Shown: one piece after another, positions 45,566 through 54,402 of the stretch | Layout of the letters: the number at the start of each line of letters is the position of its first letter | Numbering within the stretch: position 1 is the first letter of the stretch | From: a virus | Taxonomy: Duplodnaviria; Caudoviricetes | Length of the DNA: 64,000 nucleotides | IMG/VR virus record: IMGVR_UViG_3300010167_000013 | Strand: one strand, 5' to 3' | Position numbers and translations under genes: made by a program | The notes under the pieces: generated by a model | Database searches by the model: none | Told to the model about the DNA's origin: nothing | What the model saw: the letters and a program-made list of their open reading frames with translations, nothing else

Positions 45566-46111
45566 TCAGGCTTTCCCACGCAGGCCATTGAGTAATTGTT
45601 TTATTAATTCTTCAACATTATTAGTCATCAGCTCTTTTAGAGACCAAGGACATTTCTCGGGAATTAATCTAACCCCATCTTTCAGATCAGGATACATTTG
45701 AGAACTATTTTGGTAGAACGTTACACCAATACTATATGCGCTATTGATAGATTTCTCAGCGTATCTAATCAGTGATGTATATCCAGGGTTCTCCATCCAT
45801 TCTAGTAGCAATATCAATTCATTCCTAGAACTGCGAAAGTGATTCATCCATTGACGCCTATTACTCCGAAGTGTTAGCTCGCTATCACAATATGCCAATT
45901 TTAACAGGTGCTCTACCATTCTAGCGATGTGTTTCTTTGTTTCTCTTTGCTCACTTTTTGACTCAATGAATATTTCATCGTAGGCATCTCTAACAGATTC
46001 ATCCGATTGTAATCCATTTTTCATTGCTTCTATTGCTACCAACATCCTCTGGCAATATTCCAACATTCTCTGGATCATTTCATTTCTTTCTTCCTCAGTA
46101 GTATTTTTCAT
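45566..46111 (-). CDS. DUF29-like protein
   Basis: MVEHLLKLAY...RRQW...R...IPEKCPWSLKELM. Start ATG 46111 behind AGGAG; early promoter motif at 46139-46147. Confidence 0.65.
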   Translation of the reverse strand: MKNTTEEERNEMIQRMLEYCQRMLVAIEAMKNGLQSDESVRDAYDEIFIESKSEQRETKKHIARMVEHLLKLAYCDSELTLRSNRRQWMNHFRSSRNELILLLEWMENPGYTSLIRYAEKSINSAYSIGVTFYQNSSQMYPDLKDGVRLIPEKCPWSLKELMTNNVEELIKQLLNGLRGKA

Positions 46112-46154
46112 ATTATATTCTCTCCTTTGATATATCATATAATATATAATTATC

Positions 46155-46190
46155 TGATGTAGTAACCTCCAGAGGGAGGTTACTACATCA
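46155..46190. terminator. 16-bp perfect inverted repeat / terminator
   Basis: TGATGTAGTAACCTCC-AGAG-GGAGGTTACTACATCA. Confidence 0.7.
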
Positions 46191-46214
46191 TTCATGAATA
46201 TAAAAATATTTATT

Positions 46215-46535
46215 CTGTACCATCGGAGTGGACTGGCCTATCCGGAATAAGCCAGCCCATGCTCAATAGTTTTTCAACCGATGGGTGTTACTATTTGTTA
46301 CTGGCCCGGGGATTGGTGGGCCTGCTCTTCCTTTATCAGATATCAGATATCTTAAGGAACCCCACTATGACTACCAGGGTTCGTACCGGCTTACGCTTCC
46401 TACGGTTACGAACCCTGGTTCGTTGACACTTACTATGCGTCCATATTCGTGCCAACTTATGCGAAGGAGAATAGACCTGGTACCGTAACAGTCGGAACTC
46501 TGCCGCTGCCATATGGTTTAACTATCCTCTCTCGT
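46215..46535 (-). ncRNA. Candidate structured non-coding RNA (~320 nt), family not recognised
   Basis: GC-richer intergenic block with at least five stems whose G-U pairs favour the minus strand. Bounded by an ATATATTCT motif (46545-46553) and a terminator (46155-46190). Confidence 0.55.
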
Positions 46536-46587
46536 CACAAAAATAGAATATATAATTTTGTGAAAGGGATATACGATTTATTTATAT

Positions 46588-46893
46588 TTATGATATGACC
46601 CCAGCAACAATTAATTTAGCCTCGAAGTCTGACAGTTGGTGAGCTATCTGTTCGTTGGTTATTGTTGGAAGGGGCTGACATTGCGGAGTTTGTTCAGGAA
46701 AATAAAATGTATCTGTTTCTTCATTATATCTCATCCATGGCACTATCTCGGCGTTTTGAGGGTGCTTGGAAATATCAAAAATGTGGACTGTATCATTATC
46801 GGTAGGCCACATGCCTAATGATTCGTCTCCGATAAGGTTAACGAAACCGTCGGATTTAAGGATTTGAACATATTTACGTTCGAAATCTGCCAT
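46588..46893 (-). CDS. Tail fibre assembly-like protein
   Basis: Follows the Gly-rich fibre. Pattern YVQI...G.V...W.YNEETDTF..P. Confidence 0.55.
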   Translation of the reverse strand: MADFERKYVQILKSDGFVNLIGDESLGMWPTDNDTVHIFDISKHPQNAEIVPWMRYNEETDTFYFPEQTPQCQPLPTITNEQIAHQLSDFEAKLIVAGVIS

Positions 46894-46908
46894 TTATTTA
46901 TCCCCCTA

Positions 46909-48354
46909 TTACCATTCGAAAAATACGATTCCGTTACCGCCTGCGCCGCCCAGTCCGCCTGTTCCACCCGTTGTCTGGGTTCCAGCTCCGCCTCCCCCGC
47001 CGCCTGCACCGTAACCACCACCGCCGCCTCCGCCTCCGCCAGTAGAGTTTGTATAATTACCGCCCCCATTCCCGCCTTTTGAAATCGCGCCCCCACCGCC
47101 TCCGCCGCCTGGTGCCATACTAACGGTGCTCGCCATACCAGAGCCCAAAGACCCGCCCAATGAACCAGCAGTACCATTCGTACTCGAGCCACCAAAACGA
47201 GTTCCACTGCCACCCTTGCCTCCGCCAGAATAGCCTATGCCTCCTGTTGTAATTAAATTTGTGGTTTGATTACCTCCGCTACCTCCGCCTCCGCCCCCAC
47301 CGCCTCCGCCGCCTCTTCCAGTGCCCCCATCTCCGCCATTACCACCGCTATATCCCGAAATTATATCGCCGCCAGCACCGCCTCCTCCTCCTCCACCGCC
47401 GAAGCCCCCAATGCCGCCGCCACCTCCATTACGGGCTGGAGTGGCTTGACCCTGCAACCCATTCAAGCCATTCGTAGCGTAGATTGAGGGTATAGAAATA
47501 TTCCCTTTGATTAATGTTATTGTACCAAGCCCAGCACCGCTCAACACAGTATTTCCCGCACCTACCGTAATAGATATATTTGCTCCTGCTGTAACGGTAT
47601 AAACACGGTCAACGCTTTCTCCAGCTTTACCGCCAACGCCAGCGATTTTATCCGTTGTAGGATTACCTCCATCTCCACCCGACGCAAAAGCTAATATCTT
47701 AATAGCAGTAACTCCTGTCGGCACGGTAAACGTCCCGTTCGCGGTAAACACGGCTTTTCTCGCGCCTGTTCCACCAGAACTACTACTTGACGAATTCAAT
47801 ATTGCATTTAGTTTCGCCATTGCAGTACCCGCCGACGCAGTACCGCCCGTATCACCTGTAACACCTAAATTACTTTGCGCGGCTCTAGTACTAATAGCTG
47901 CATCTAAATTCCCAGCTCTAGCATCTGTCCAAGTATTTACAAATTTATTTGCTATCCATTTGATTATGCTGAACACACTACTGCCATTATTAGCAGCAGT
48001 ATCTTCAGAATTCCCAATTGATTCACTAATGTCATCTATGTCTTGCTGCATATTAGAAAAATTAACAGAAACTAATATCTCACCCTCCAAATCGGGTAAT
48101 ATATTCAAGTCAATAACAAATGTCTTGACAGTCTCAACTTCTTCAGGTTCAATGGTTACTGTAGTCACCATACCACTAGCCTTGTTCCCAATGTAAATCT
48201 CAAACTGGTATTCAATTGGGTTCTCATCGTCATTCGGAGGAATAACAATTGCACAGCTGTACTTCTTGTCACCTATTGGTACTAGTGGATAAAATGCATC
48301 TAGATCCAGTGAATACACTTTCACTTCTGGTATCAATGTAACAACTTTAGCCAT
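46909..48354 (-). CDS. Glycine-rich tail fibre/receptor-binding protein
   Basis: AGNLDAAISTRA and VFTANGTFTVPTGVTAIKILAFASGGDGG...GG.GGNGIVFFEW (glycine-rich fibre domain). Confidence 0.75.
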   Translation of the reverse strand: MAKVVTLIPEVKVYSLDLDAFYPLVPIGDKKYSCAIVIPPNDDENPIEYQFEIYIGNKASGMVTTVTIEPEEVETVKTFVIDLNILPDLEGEILVSVNFSNMQQDIDDISESIGNSEDTAANNGSSVFSIIKWIANKFVNTWTDARAGNLDAAISTRAAQSNLGVTGDTGGTASAGTAMAKLNAILNSSSSSSGGTGARKAVFTANGTFTVPTGVTAIKILAFASGGDGGNPTTDKIAGVGGKAGESVDRVYTVTAGANISITVGAGNTVLSGAGLGTITLIKGNISIPSIYATNGLNGLQGQATPARNGGGGGIGGFGGGGGGGGAGGDIISGYSGGNGGDGGTGRGGGGGGGGGGGSGGNQTTNLITTGGIGYSGGGKGGSGTRFGGSSTNGTAGSLGGSLGSGMASTVSMAPGGGGGGGAISKGGNGGGNYTNSTGGGGGGGGGYGAGGGGGGAGTQTTGGTGGLGGAGGNGIVFFEW

Positions 48355-48432
48355 AATATCACATCCCCTATGATGATTTTAAGATTAACTTAGGGTGGAT
48401 GGTTAATATAATGACAAAAAAAGAACTGAGAC

Positions 48433-48876
48433 TCAGTTCTTTTCTTTTTCTAGGTATGTGAATAAATCTAATGTTTGAATGTTCCCATACCAATGCTGAA
48501 GCATTATTTGATGATGTTTCGAAATGTAATTGAACATTTCAGTTTTTTTCTTTCCCTTCAATTCCCTTTCGACTTTGACAAGCTGTGTTCCTTTCAAAAG
48601 AATTCTTGGATTCTCTTCGATACTTACTGATATCATATTTCCATCGGGCATCAAAACCTTCACGCGAGGTATGCTATGAGTATTAGTTCTGGTTTTCCCA
48701 AGATCATCAAACCATAACCCGTAAGGTAGCCCAGAGCTTTTTGCCGGCCAATTTGCCATCTCAAATATTCCATCTTTGTACATGGCAATATTTTCCAACA
48801 CTTGTAACTGAAATGCTTTCATTTCAACAGTTGCTACTTCTTTCCCGAGTTTTTCCAAATCGTTCATTTGGTACAC
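48433..48876 (-). CDS. DUF4160-like protein
   Basis: EMAN....SGLPYGLWFD.......HSIPRVKV...SVSI...P...HW pattern. Confidence 0.5.
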   Translation of the reverse strand: MYQMNDLEKLGKEVATVEMKAFQLQVLENIAMYKDGIFEMANWPAKSSGLPYGLWFDDLGKTRTNTHSIPRVKVLMPDGNMISVSIEENPRILLKGTQLVKVERELKGKKKTEMFNYISKHHQIMLQHWYGNIQTLDLFTYLEKEKN

Positions 48877-48910
48877 CTCCTAATTATATTTTTATTTTAT
48901 CTCATATTCA

Positions 48911-48957
48911 TAATATATAATTCTAAGTATAATATATAATTCTAAGTATAATATATA
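48911..48957 (-). repeat. 19-bp tandem repeat (about 2.4 copies), each copy carrying the early promoter motif
   Basis: TAATATATAATTCTAAGTA x2 plus TAATATATA. Confidence 0.8.
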
Positions 48958-49024
48958 CGTTTAATCCGTTAACCAACCTAATAAAGGTGAACAAGTAATA
49001 TTATATAAAGAAGAGGTGTGAAAG

Positions 49025-50194
49025 ATGGATAAAAGCCTTACTCAATTTTATGATGAACTCAAGTCTGAGATCAATCAGAAACCCAAGGTGGAAACTCCCC
49101 TCATGAATGTTAGTTCGTTCAATGGAAATCAGAATTCTCCTGGTGCAATAAACTGGAGAAACCAAGCCGCAAAAGAATGTGATAACCTGAAAGATGGATG
49201 TTACAAGAGACTTCTGCTCGACATCTATTGCAAGGTACTTCCGTTGGATTCTGACTTCGTTGCTGGCAACCAAGGAATGATAAAGTCTGATATCAATGAC
49301 TTCCTTGGTAACAAGGGGTTGACCGCAACTCAGTATCTCACTTCTGGATATGAAAAAACAAATGCTCCACTATTGGAATTCATACTTCGTTCATGTGGTA
49401 ACATTGGGAAAGAATTCATGAGAGAAGCCAGTGAGAAATTGAAAGATGCTCAGGAGAATAAAATAGATATTCCCCCTCCTGAGGCTGATCCTGACAACAA
49501 GGAAATAGGAGATCAGTTAGTCGATATTCAGAAAGATACTGAGTATGAAAACTTCATTGACAAGCTCAAGCAGAAAACTGTCAGCAAGATAGTGTCTGAT
49601 GTATCCAAGATAATAAGTGATAAAAAAGAAGAAAAGAATATGACGTTTGATCCAAATCCTGTTGGTGATGTACCATCACTGGAATCGGCTGAAAATGTAG
49701 AAGGTCCATTCAATATGCTTTCCAAGGCCAGAGAACAGGAAATCGTTGCCAGGAAGACATATGGGAAGGATAGCGATGAGTACAAGAAGGCGCAGAAGAC
49801 CGTGAGAACTTCTGAGGGAATATACAGTAAGGCTGTGAGTGAGTACAAGAAGTCATTCAAGAAAGATGCAGAACCTCTTGTCGAGCCTGCTACAGAAACT
49901 CCTGCTCTTGTCAGTCCTGCCATTACTCAAGGAATGCCATTGAATCAGAATGAGTCTGTTGTATGTCTCATCATTGATCATATCCACAAGAATCTGTGGA
50001 AAGAGAATGTGGAACTTACTCCAGAATTGAATGAAGAAATAATAGGATTAGCCATCAGAGAAGCTACTCTGAATATGATAGATCTCTCATTCAAATATCC
50101 TGATTCTGAATTCAGACCGTTCAGCAGTAGGATAAGATTCAACAAGGGAGTATTGGTAACAGAAAAAACAATCAAAGATCTAATTGAAAAATAA
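49025..50194 (+). CDS. Hypothetical (probable virion/head-associated) protein
   Basis: 389-aa ORF with RBS GAGG, followed by a terminator. Confidence 0.6.
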   Translation: MDKSLTQFYDELKSEINQKPKVETPLMNVSSFNGNQNSPGAINWRNQAAKECDNLKDGCYKRLLLDIYCKVLPLDSDFVAGNQGMIKSDINDFLGNKGLTATQYLTSGYEKTNAPLLEFILRSCGNIGKEFMREASEKLKDAQENKIDIPPPEADPDNKEIGDQLVDIQKDTEYENFIDKLKQKTVSKIVSDVSKIISDKKEEKNMTFDPNPVGDVPSLESAENVEGPFNMLSKAREQEIVARKTYGKDSDEYKKAQKTVRTSEGIYSKAVSEYKKSFKKDAEPLVEPATETPALVSPAITQGMPLNQNESVVCLIIDHIHKNLWKENVELTPELNEEIIGLAIREATLNMIDLSFKYPDSEFRPFSSRIRFNKGVLVTEKTIKDLIEK

Positions 50195-50197
50195 TAA

Positions 50198-50233
50198 AAT
50201 ATCAAGGGGTGGTATCTACCACCCCTTGATATT
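50198..50233. terminator. Bidirectional terminator
   Basis: AATATCAAGGGGTGGTA-TC-TACCACCCCTTGATATT. Confidence 0.7.
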
Positions 50234-51044
50234 ATTTCATTAGTTTGGAGAAGTCATAGGAATCCATAGATGCCCAATCGTAGTCTAGTTTTGGAGGAGT
50301 TACCACTCGGTAATCTAAGACAGTATTGGGGTCCCTGTAGAGTTGAGTGAATTTTAGATTGTTTCTGTCACCGATGTACAGAAACCGCTTATCGTAGTAA
50401 GCAACAGGCATAACGTCTGTTGCAGTATACATGGATAGCAATACAGGTTTGTCATTGTAATTTTCTAGTATCCATTCCACGTATGTTTCCACAGTTTTAG
50501 AAACGTACACTACGTCGGGGCTTCCAAAGTCGAAGAAATAGTACCAGTCTCCGTCAAGAACATAGTTCCATACATGCCCATTTGCATCTGACGTAGTATA
50601 CCACATGTACCCAACCTCATCGTAGTCATCTTTCAGGATGTAATTAACCCAGTTGGCTACGTCAGAACACAGACCGAAATTAGTTCTAACACTATGATAT
50701 CCAGGTTTATACTTATCCCATCTCATCTGACCTTCAAGGAAATAACTAGGTCTGGACTCATTCACTGAGTATGGTACTATAGAGAACTTGCTCTCTTGGA
50801 ATAATTTCTTCGCATCCCACAGTGTACGAATAGCCTTTTGTTTCTCTTCAGGCGTCTTGTCCAACATCGCTCTTATTTCGTCATAGGTGTAATCGCTGTC
50901 ACCCAGTGCGCCAATACTAACACGATAGAAGTCATCGAACCCGGGATACTTCTTTGCCAACTTAAGATCCACTTCTGCAGCTACTACAGATGTCAGTGAG
51001 AACACCATCAACAATACCAACATGATTCCAGTTACTTTTTTCAT
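50232..51044 (-). CDS. Secreted transglutaminase/papain-like protein
   Basis: Sec signal peptide MKKVTGIMLVLLMVFSLTSVVAA. Triad-like GLCSDVA...GHVWNY...YYFFDF. Confidence 0.65.
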   Translation of the reverse strand: MKKVTGIMLVLLMVFSLTSVVAAEVDLKLAKKYPGFDDFYRVSIGALGDSDYTYDEIRAMLDKTPEEKQKAIRTLWDAKKLFQESKFSIVPYSVNESRPSYFLEGQMRWDKYKPGYHSVRTNFGLCSDVANWVNYILKDDYDEVGYMWYTTSDANGHVWNYVLDGDWYYFFDFGSPDVVYVSKTVETYVEWILENYNDKPVLLSMYTATDVMPVAYYDKRFLYIGDRNNLKFTQLYRDPNTVLDYRVVTPPKLDYDWASMDSYDFSKLMK

Positions 51045-51091
51045 TCTAATACCTCCTAAAATATATTATATTTTTTATTCTATCTAACGTA

Positions 51092-51103
51092 ATAATATAT
51101 TAT
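51092..51103. promoter_or_regulatory. Palindromic, bidirectional early promoter motif
   Basis: AATAATATATTATT contains ATATATTAT on both strands, between divergent genes. Confidence 0.5.
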
Positions 51104-51136
51104 TACCTCAGAGGGATATACGATTGGAGGTTTGTC

Positions 51137-52264
51137 ATGAGAATACTGGTATTGGGTGATATTCACATTGGAAGTATCAAAGATACCAATTATGTGTACA
51201 ATGTGATCACAGACATATTTGAGAAGGAGTTGATATTCAACAAGATCGACGCTGTGATATTTCTGGGGGACTTATTCCACAGACTAATGAAGGTAAATGA
51301 GGAGTACACGTCGTTGGCAATAAACATCATGTCATATCTGGTGAGAATATGTAGGGGGAAAGAAATAAAGATTAGACTTCTCTACGGTACTGAATCACAC
51401 GAAATGGGACAGTATCGTTTATTCAATTACCATCTCACCAACACCATTGATATGAAACTAATTGATACTGTCAGTGAAGAAGAACTATTCCCTGGAGTGA
51501 ATGTTTTGTATTTTCCAGAAGAATATGTCGAGTCCAAGGAACATCACTACTCTAAATACTTCCAGAAGAAATATGACTATGTCCTAGGTCATGGAATTAT
51601 ATCAGAAGGAATGCCTATGATGGCATATGATACTGGGGCTAAGTCGAATGAGAAGAAGGTACCGCATTTCAAGTCAAAAGAACTATCTTCAATATGTAAG
51701 CTGTGTATCTTCTCGCACTACCACATTCATACTAGAATAGAAAAGAATGTTTACTATCTAGGATCTCTCTTCAGAGATTCATTTGGAGAAGAAGAGGACA
51801 AGGGCTACGGAATAATCGAAGATGGAAAATTCACATTTGTCAAAAATGAACAAGCACACATCTACAGAACGTATACGTTTGAAGAAGACTCTAATGTGTA
51901 CATTGATACCGAAAACCTAATATCCGAGATCAAGACAATCAAAGAAGATAATAAAGAAATATTTGAAGGTGAACGCTACGGACGAATCAGATTAATTTTC
52001 AAACTTCCTCAAGGAATAGATCAAACATTCAAGGAGACTTTGAGGTCATTGTTGTTCAATGACAAGTATATCTCACCATTGATAAAGGAGCAATCGGAAG
52101 TAATCCAAGAGGTACAAGAGACAATAGACGATGAGTACAATTTTATTCTGGATAACTCACTAGCTGTCACTGATAAGATTCATCGGTACATCAATAAACA
52201 ATATGAATCGGATATGAGTCTAGAAGAGCTAACCAAGTACATCAATGAAGAGTTCAAGGTATAA
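51137..52264 (+). CDS. SbcD/Mre11-like metallophosphoesterase nuclease
   Basis: GDIHIG, LGDLFH, GTESHE, GHG, SHYHI, YYLGSL.R.SFGEEEDKG. Confidence 0.85.
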   Translation: MRILVLGDIHIGSIKDTNYVYNVITDIFEKELIFNKIDAVIFLGDLFHRLMKVNEEYTSLAINIMSYLVRICRGKEIKIRLLYGTESHEMGQYRLFNYHLTNTIDMKLIDTVSEEELFPGVNVLYFPEEYVESKEHHYSKYFQKKYDYVLGHGIISEGMPMMAYDTGAKSNEKKVPHFKSKELSSICKLCIFSHYHIHTRIEKNVYYLGSLFRDSFGEEEDKGYGIIEDGKFTFVKNEQAHIYRTYTFEEDSNVYIDTENLISEIKTIKEDNKEIFEGERYGRIRLIFKLPQGIDQTFKETLRSLLFNDKYISPLIKEQSEVIQEVQETIDDEYNFILDNSLAVTDKIHRYINKQYESDMSLEELTKYINEEFKV

Positions 52265-52267
52265 GGT

Positions 52268-52306
52268 GATAACTAGGTGGGTGTATGATACACCCACCTA
52301 GTTATC
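52268..52306. terminator. Bidirectional terminator
   Basis: GATAACTAGGTGGGTGTAT-G-ATACACCCACCTAGTTATC. Confidence 0.7.
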
Positions 52307-52329
52307 CATCATCATCATTTTCAATTGCC

Positions 52330-52887
52330 TCATATATTCAGATCTATTGATACCAGTCTAACTACATCAATCGTGGTGAATTGGCTGTAAATTATGACAT
52401 GATGTGCAAGACCACCTTCGTACTGATCAGCTAATCCAAACTCAAGTCCTCGCTTCGTCAGTACCATTGGAACATTGAAGTGAATTAAGGGAACATTCTG
52501 AAGTATGTTGTACTGCTCTGGAAAGTACCCCTCATATGCTTCTCTCAATCTCCTGAGAGATTCCATTGCAGTTCTGTGTAGCTCCGTGTCGTGTTCAGTT
52601 GTGAGAGAATACGTCCAATGATCAATTTGATCCCAACTAGATATCTCTTCGTCGAATATCTGTTGGATCCGTTCAATCAAGATCGCAATGGATATGAAAT
52701 CCCTCTCTGAACATTTGAACGTGTTGTCAACATACCGTGTTGTAGTTACGCCTCTGTTTGTCAGTATTAGGTCATCGTCACTACTCATAGTCTGGGTCCC
52801 TCCTAGTCCCTGGTAGTTTTTGTTCGGTTCCAATGTTCTCTTTTGATTTCTCATAAGACCTGTAATATCCAACTTCTGAACCTCCAA
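52330..52887 (-). CDS. Hypothetical protein
   Basis: 185-aa ORF; start uncertain. Confidence 0.55.
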   Translation of the reverse strand: MEVQKLDITGLMRNQKRTLEPNKNYQGLGGTQTMSSDDDLILTNRGVTTTRYVDNTFKCSERDFISIAILIERIQQIFDEEISSWDQIDHWTYSLTTEHDTELHRTAMESLRRLREAYEGYFPEQYNILQNVPLIHFNVPMVLTKRGLEFGLADQYEGGLAHHVIIYSQFTTIDVVRLVSIDLNI

Positions 52888-53053
52888 TTGTCAGTATTAC
52901 TAGTGTTATCACTAGCCATGGGATAAAACCAAATACTGCTTGTGTCGTCAGTAAGAGTATTCCGCCAGTCCTACAAGATTTGTTACATATCAGTGTAACG
53001 ACCAGTATGACAAGCCAGAAATTCTCCGTGACAAATGATAATAATTCATCCAT
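52781..53053 (-). CDS. Small membrane protein
   Basis: Two hydrophobic segments. RBS GGAGG. Confidence 0.5.
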   Translation of the reverse strand: MDELLSFVTENFWLVILVVTLICNKSCRTGGILLLTTQAVFGFIPWLVITLVILTIGGSEVGYYRSYEKSKENIGTEQKLPGTRRDPDYE

Positions 53054-53069
53054 GAATACATACCTCCTA

Positions 53070-53981
53070 TCAGAATGGATCCGGGCTAGGATGCTTTATC
53101 CTAACATTTTCTGTGTAGGTGTGATCTCTGTTGCCAATAGTAGATCCCTGGGTGAAATCATCCCACACGATTGATGGGTTATCGTTGTTGAATAGATGAT
53201 CGTATCCTCTCTGTATCCAATCATGGTAGTATATCATGGCCCACTTTGTATCAACAGATGCAGTGTACACCAGTTGGAGTAAATTCAGAAGAGAATGTTT
53301 TTCTCCTATCCACTGTAGCTCTGGGAACCGATTTGAATACTTCTTGACCTGTTCTATTTTGTCCTTGAGATCATATATTTCTACCCACGGTGATCCATAT
53401 TCAGTATTGAATGAATTTACATCGGTATACATCTTCTCCTGGATTACCCTAATCTTCTCAATATCTTTCCCTAATTCAACACCAAGCTCGATGATAGGAG
53501 TTGCATAATTAGAAGCTGACAATGGATGTTCCCTCTCGTACACCATTTCTGCTTCCATGTGTGGATGATGATCATGCCTATCCCCAAGATATCCTCTCTC
53601 TTCTACTGGATAGGTAAGCTGATCGGATACGTGAAAAAAATGTGACGGAGCTGTGTGACCAGGATCGGGATAATTATAATTAGTAGGAGGAGGATCATTC
53701 CTACCTGTCAATAGAATATCTTCATTGTAGAGTTCTGGATTACTCCCCTTGTGAAATATGAACTCTTCACCTTTCCAAGTTCCCTCCCTACGGTGATTAG
53801 CCTCAGCATCCGTGCTCTCCCCAATCACTGTATGAACATGGTCTATCGTATTTATTCGGTATCCTGATTCCATCGACAACAATGATATCTGTTTGGCTGT
53901 AGTATCCTTGATGCCATTGATGATATTATTTATTCTAATTAGATCGCTGCCCATCATTGTACATCTCTCCTGACAATTCAT
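53070..53981 (-). CDS. Hypothetical protein
   Basis: 303-aa ORF, His/Pro-rich in the middle. Confidence 0.6.
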   Translation of the reverse strand: MNCQERCTMMGSDLIRINNIINGIKDTTAKQISLLSMESGYRINTIDHVHTVIGESTDAEANHRREGTWKGEEFIFHKGSNPELYNEDILLTGRNDPPPTNYNYPDPGHTAPSHFFHVSDQLTYPVEERGYLGDRHDHHPHMEAEMVYEREHPLSASNYATPIIELGVELGKDIEKIRVIQEKMYTDVNSFNTEYGSPWVEIYDLKDKIEQVKKYSNRFPELQWIGEKHSLLNLLQLVYTASVDTKWAMIYYHDWIQRGYDHLFNNDNPSIVWDDFTQGSTIGNRDHTYTENVRIKHPSPDPF

Positions 53982-54009
53982 TAATCATGATATTTAATAA
54001 AGGAGTTGT

Positions 54010-54360
54010 ATGTATATGCCTAAAATAGTAACACTGATTCCGGAAATAAAAGTATATTCTTACTACAACACAACGTTTTATGAAGCAACAGAAGTATCAG
54101 ACAAGAAGTACACATGCACCATAACCCTGCCAGCAAATCTAGGAGAAGAGAACATTGAGTACAAGTTCGAGGCATATGCGAATGATGTTGCTACTGGGCT
54201 ATTTGCATTTGTGACAGTTGAATGTGAAACTATCTACAATTATGAGACAATCAAATCATTTACTATTGATCCTGATACATTGTCTCACGAGGGTGGGCAA
54301 GTGACAATTACCATTGACTTCAATGAACCTGAAGAAGAGGAAGAAGATCCTGAACCGTAA
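54010..54360 (+). CDS. Stand-alone copy of the N-terminal domain of the Gly-rich fibre (46909-48354)
   Basis: KIVTLIPEIKVYS...DKKYTCTITLPAN..E.NIEYKFE.Y versus KVVTLIPEVKVYS...DKKYSCAIVIPPN..ENPIEYQFE.Y. GACA-N6-TA motif at 53972-53983. Confidence 0.75.
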   Translation: MYMPKIVTLIPEIKVYSYYNTTFYEATEVSDKKYTCTITLPANLGEENIEYKFEAYANDVATGLFAFVTVECETIYNYETIKSFTIDPDTLSHEGGQVTITIDFNEPEEEEEDPEP

Positions 54361-54365
54361 ATCAT

Positions 54366-54402
54366 AAATAATAGAGAGGGTGTTCAACCCTCTCTATTAT
54401 TT
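54366..54402. terminator. Bidirectional terminator
   Basis: AAATAATAGAGAGGGT...ACCCTCTCTATTATTT. Confidence 0.7.

Noticed and set aside
46215-46535. tRNA, tmRNA or SRP identity for the structured region
   Set aside because: I found no cloverleaf or T-loop GTTCRA with an acceptor stem, no tmRNA-like ends and no complete SRP domain IV motif.
46815-47487. Ala/Arg-rich ORFs overlapping the Gly-rich fibre gene
   Set aside because: They are frame shadows of GGC/GGA runs.
24256-48354. Diversity-generating retroelement or invertase shufflon acting on the fibre genes
   Set aside because: I saw no reverse transcriptase, recombinase or near-identical template/variable repeat pair in this window; fibre repeats are diverged at DNA level.
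48911-48957. Possible mini-CRISPR array
   Set aside because: The repeats are directly adjacent with no spacers, and no cas genes are present.
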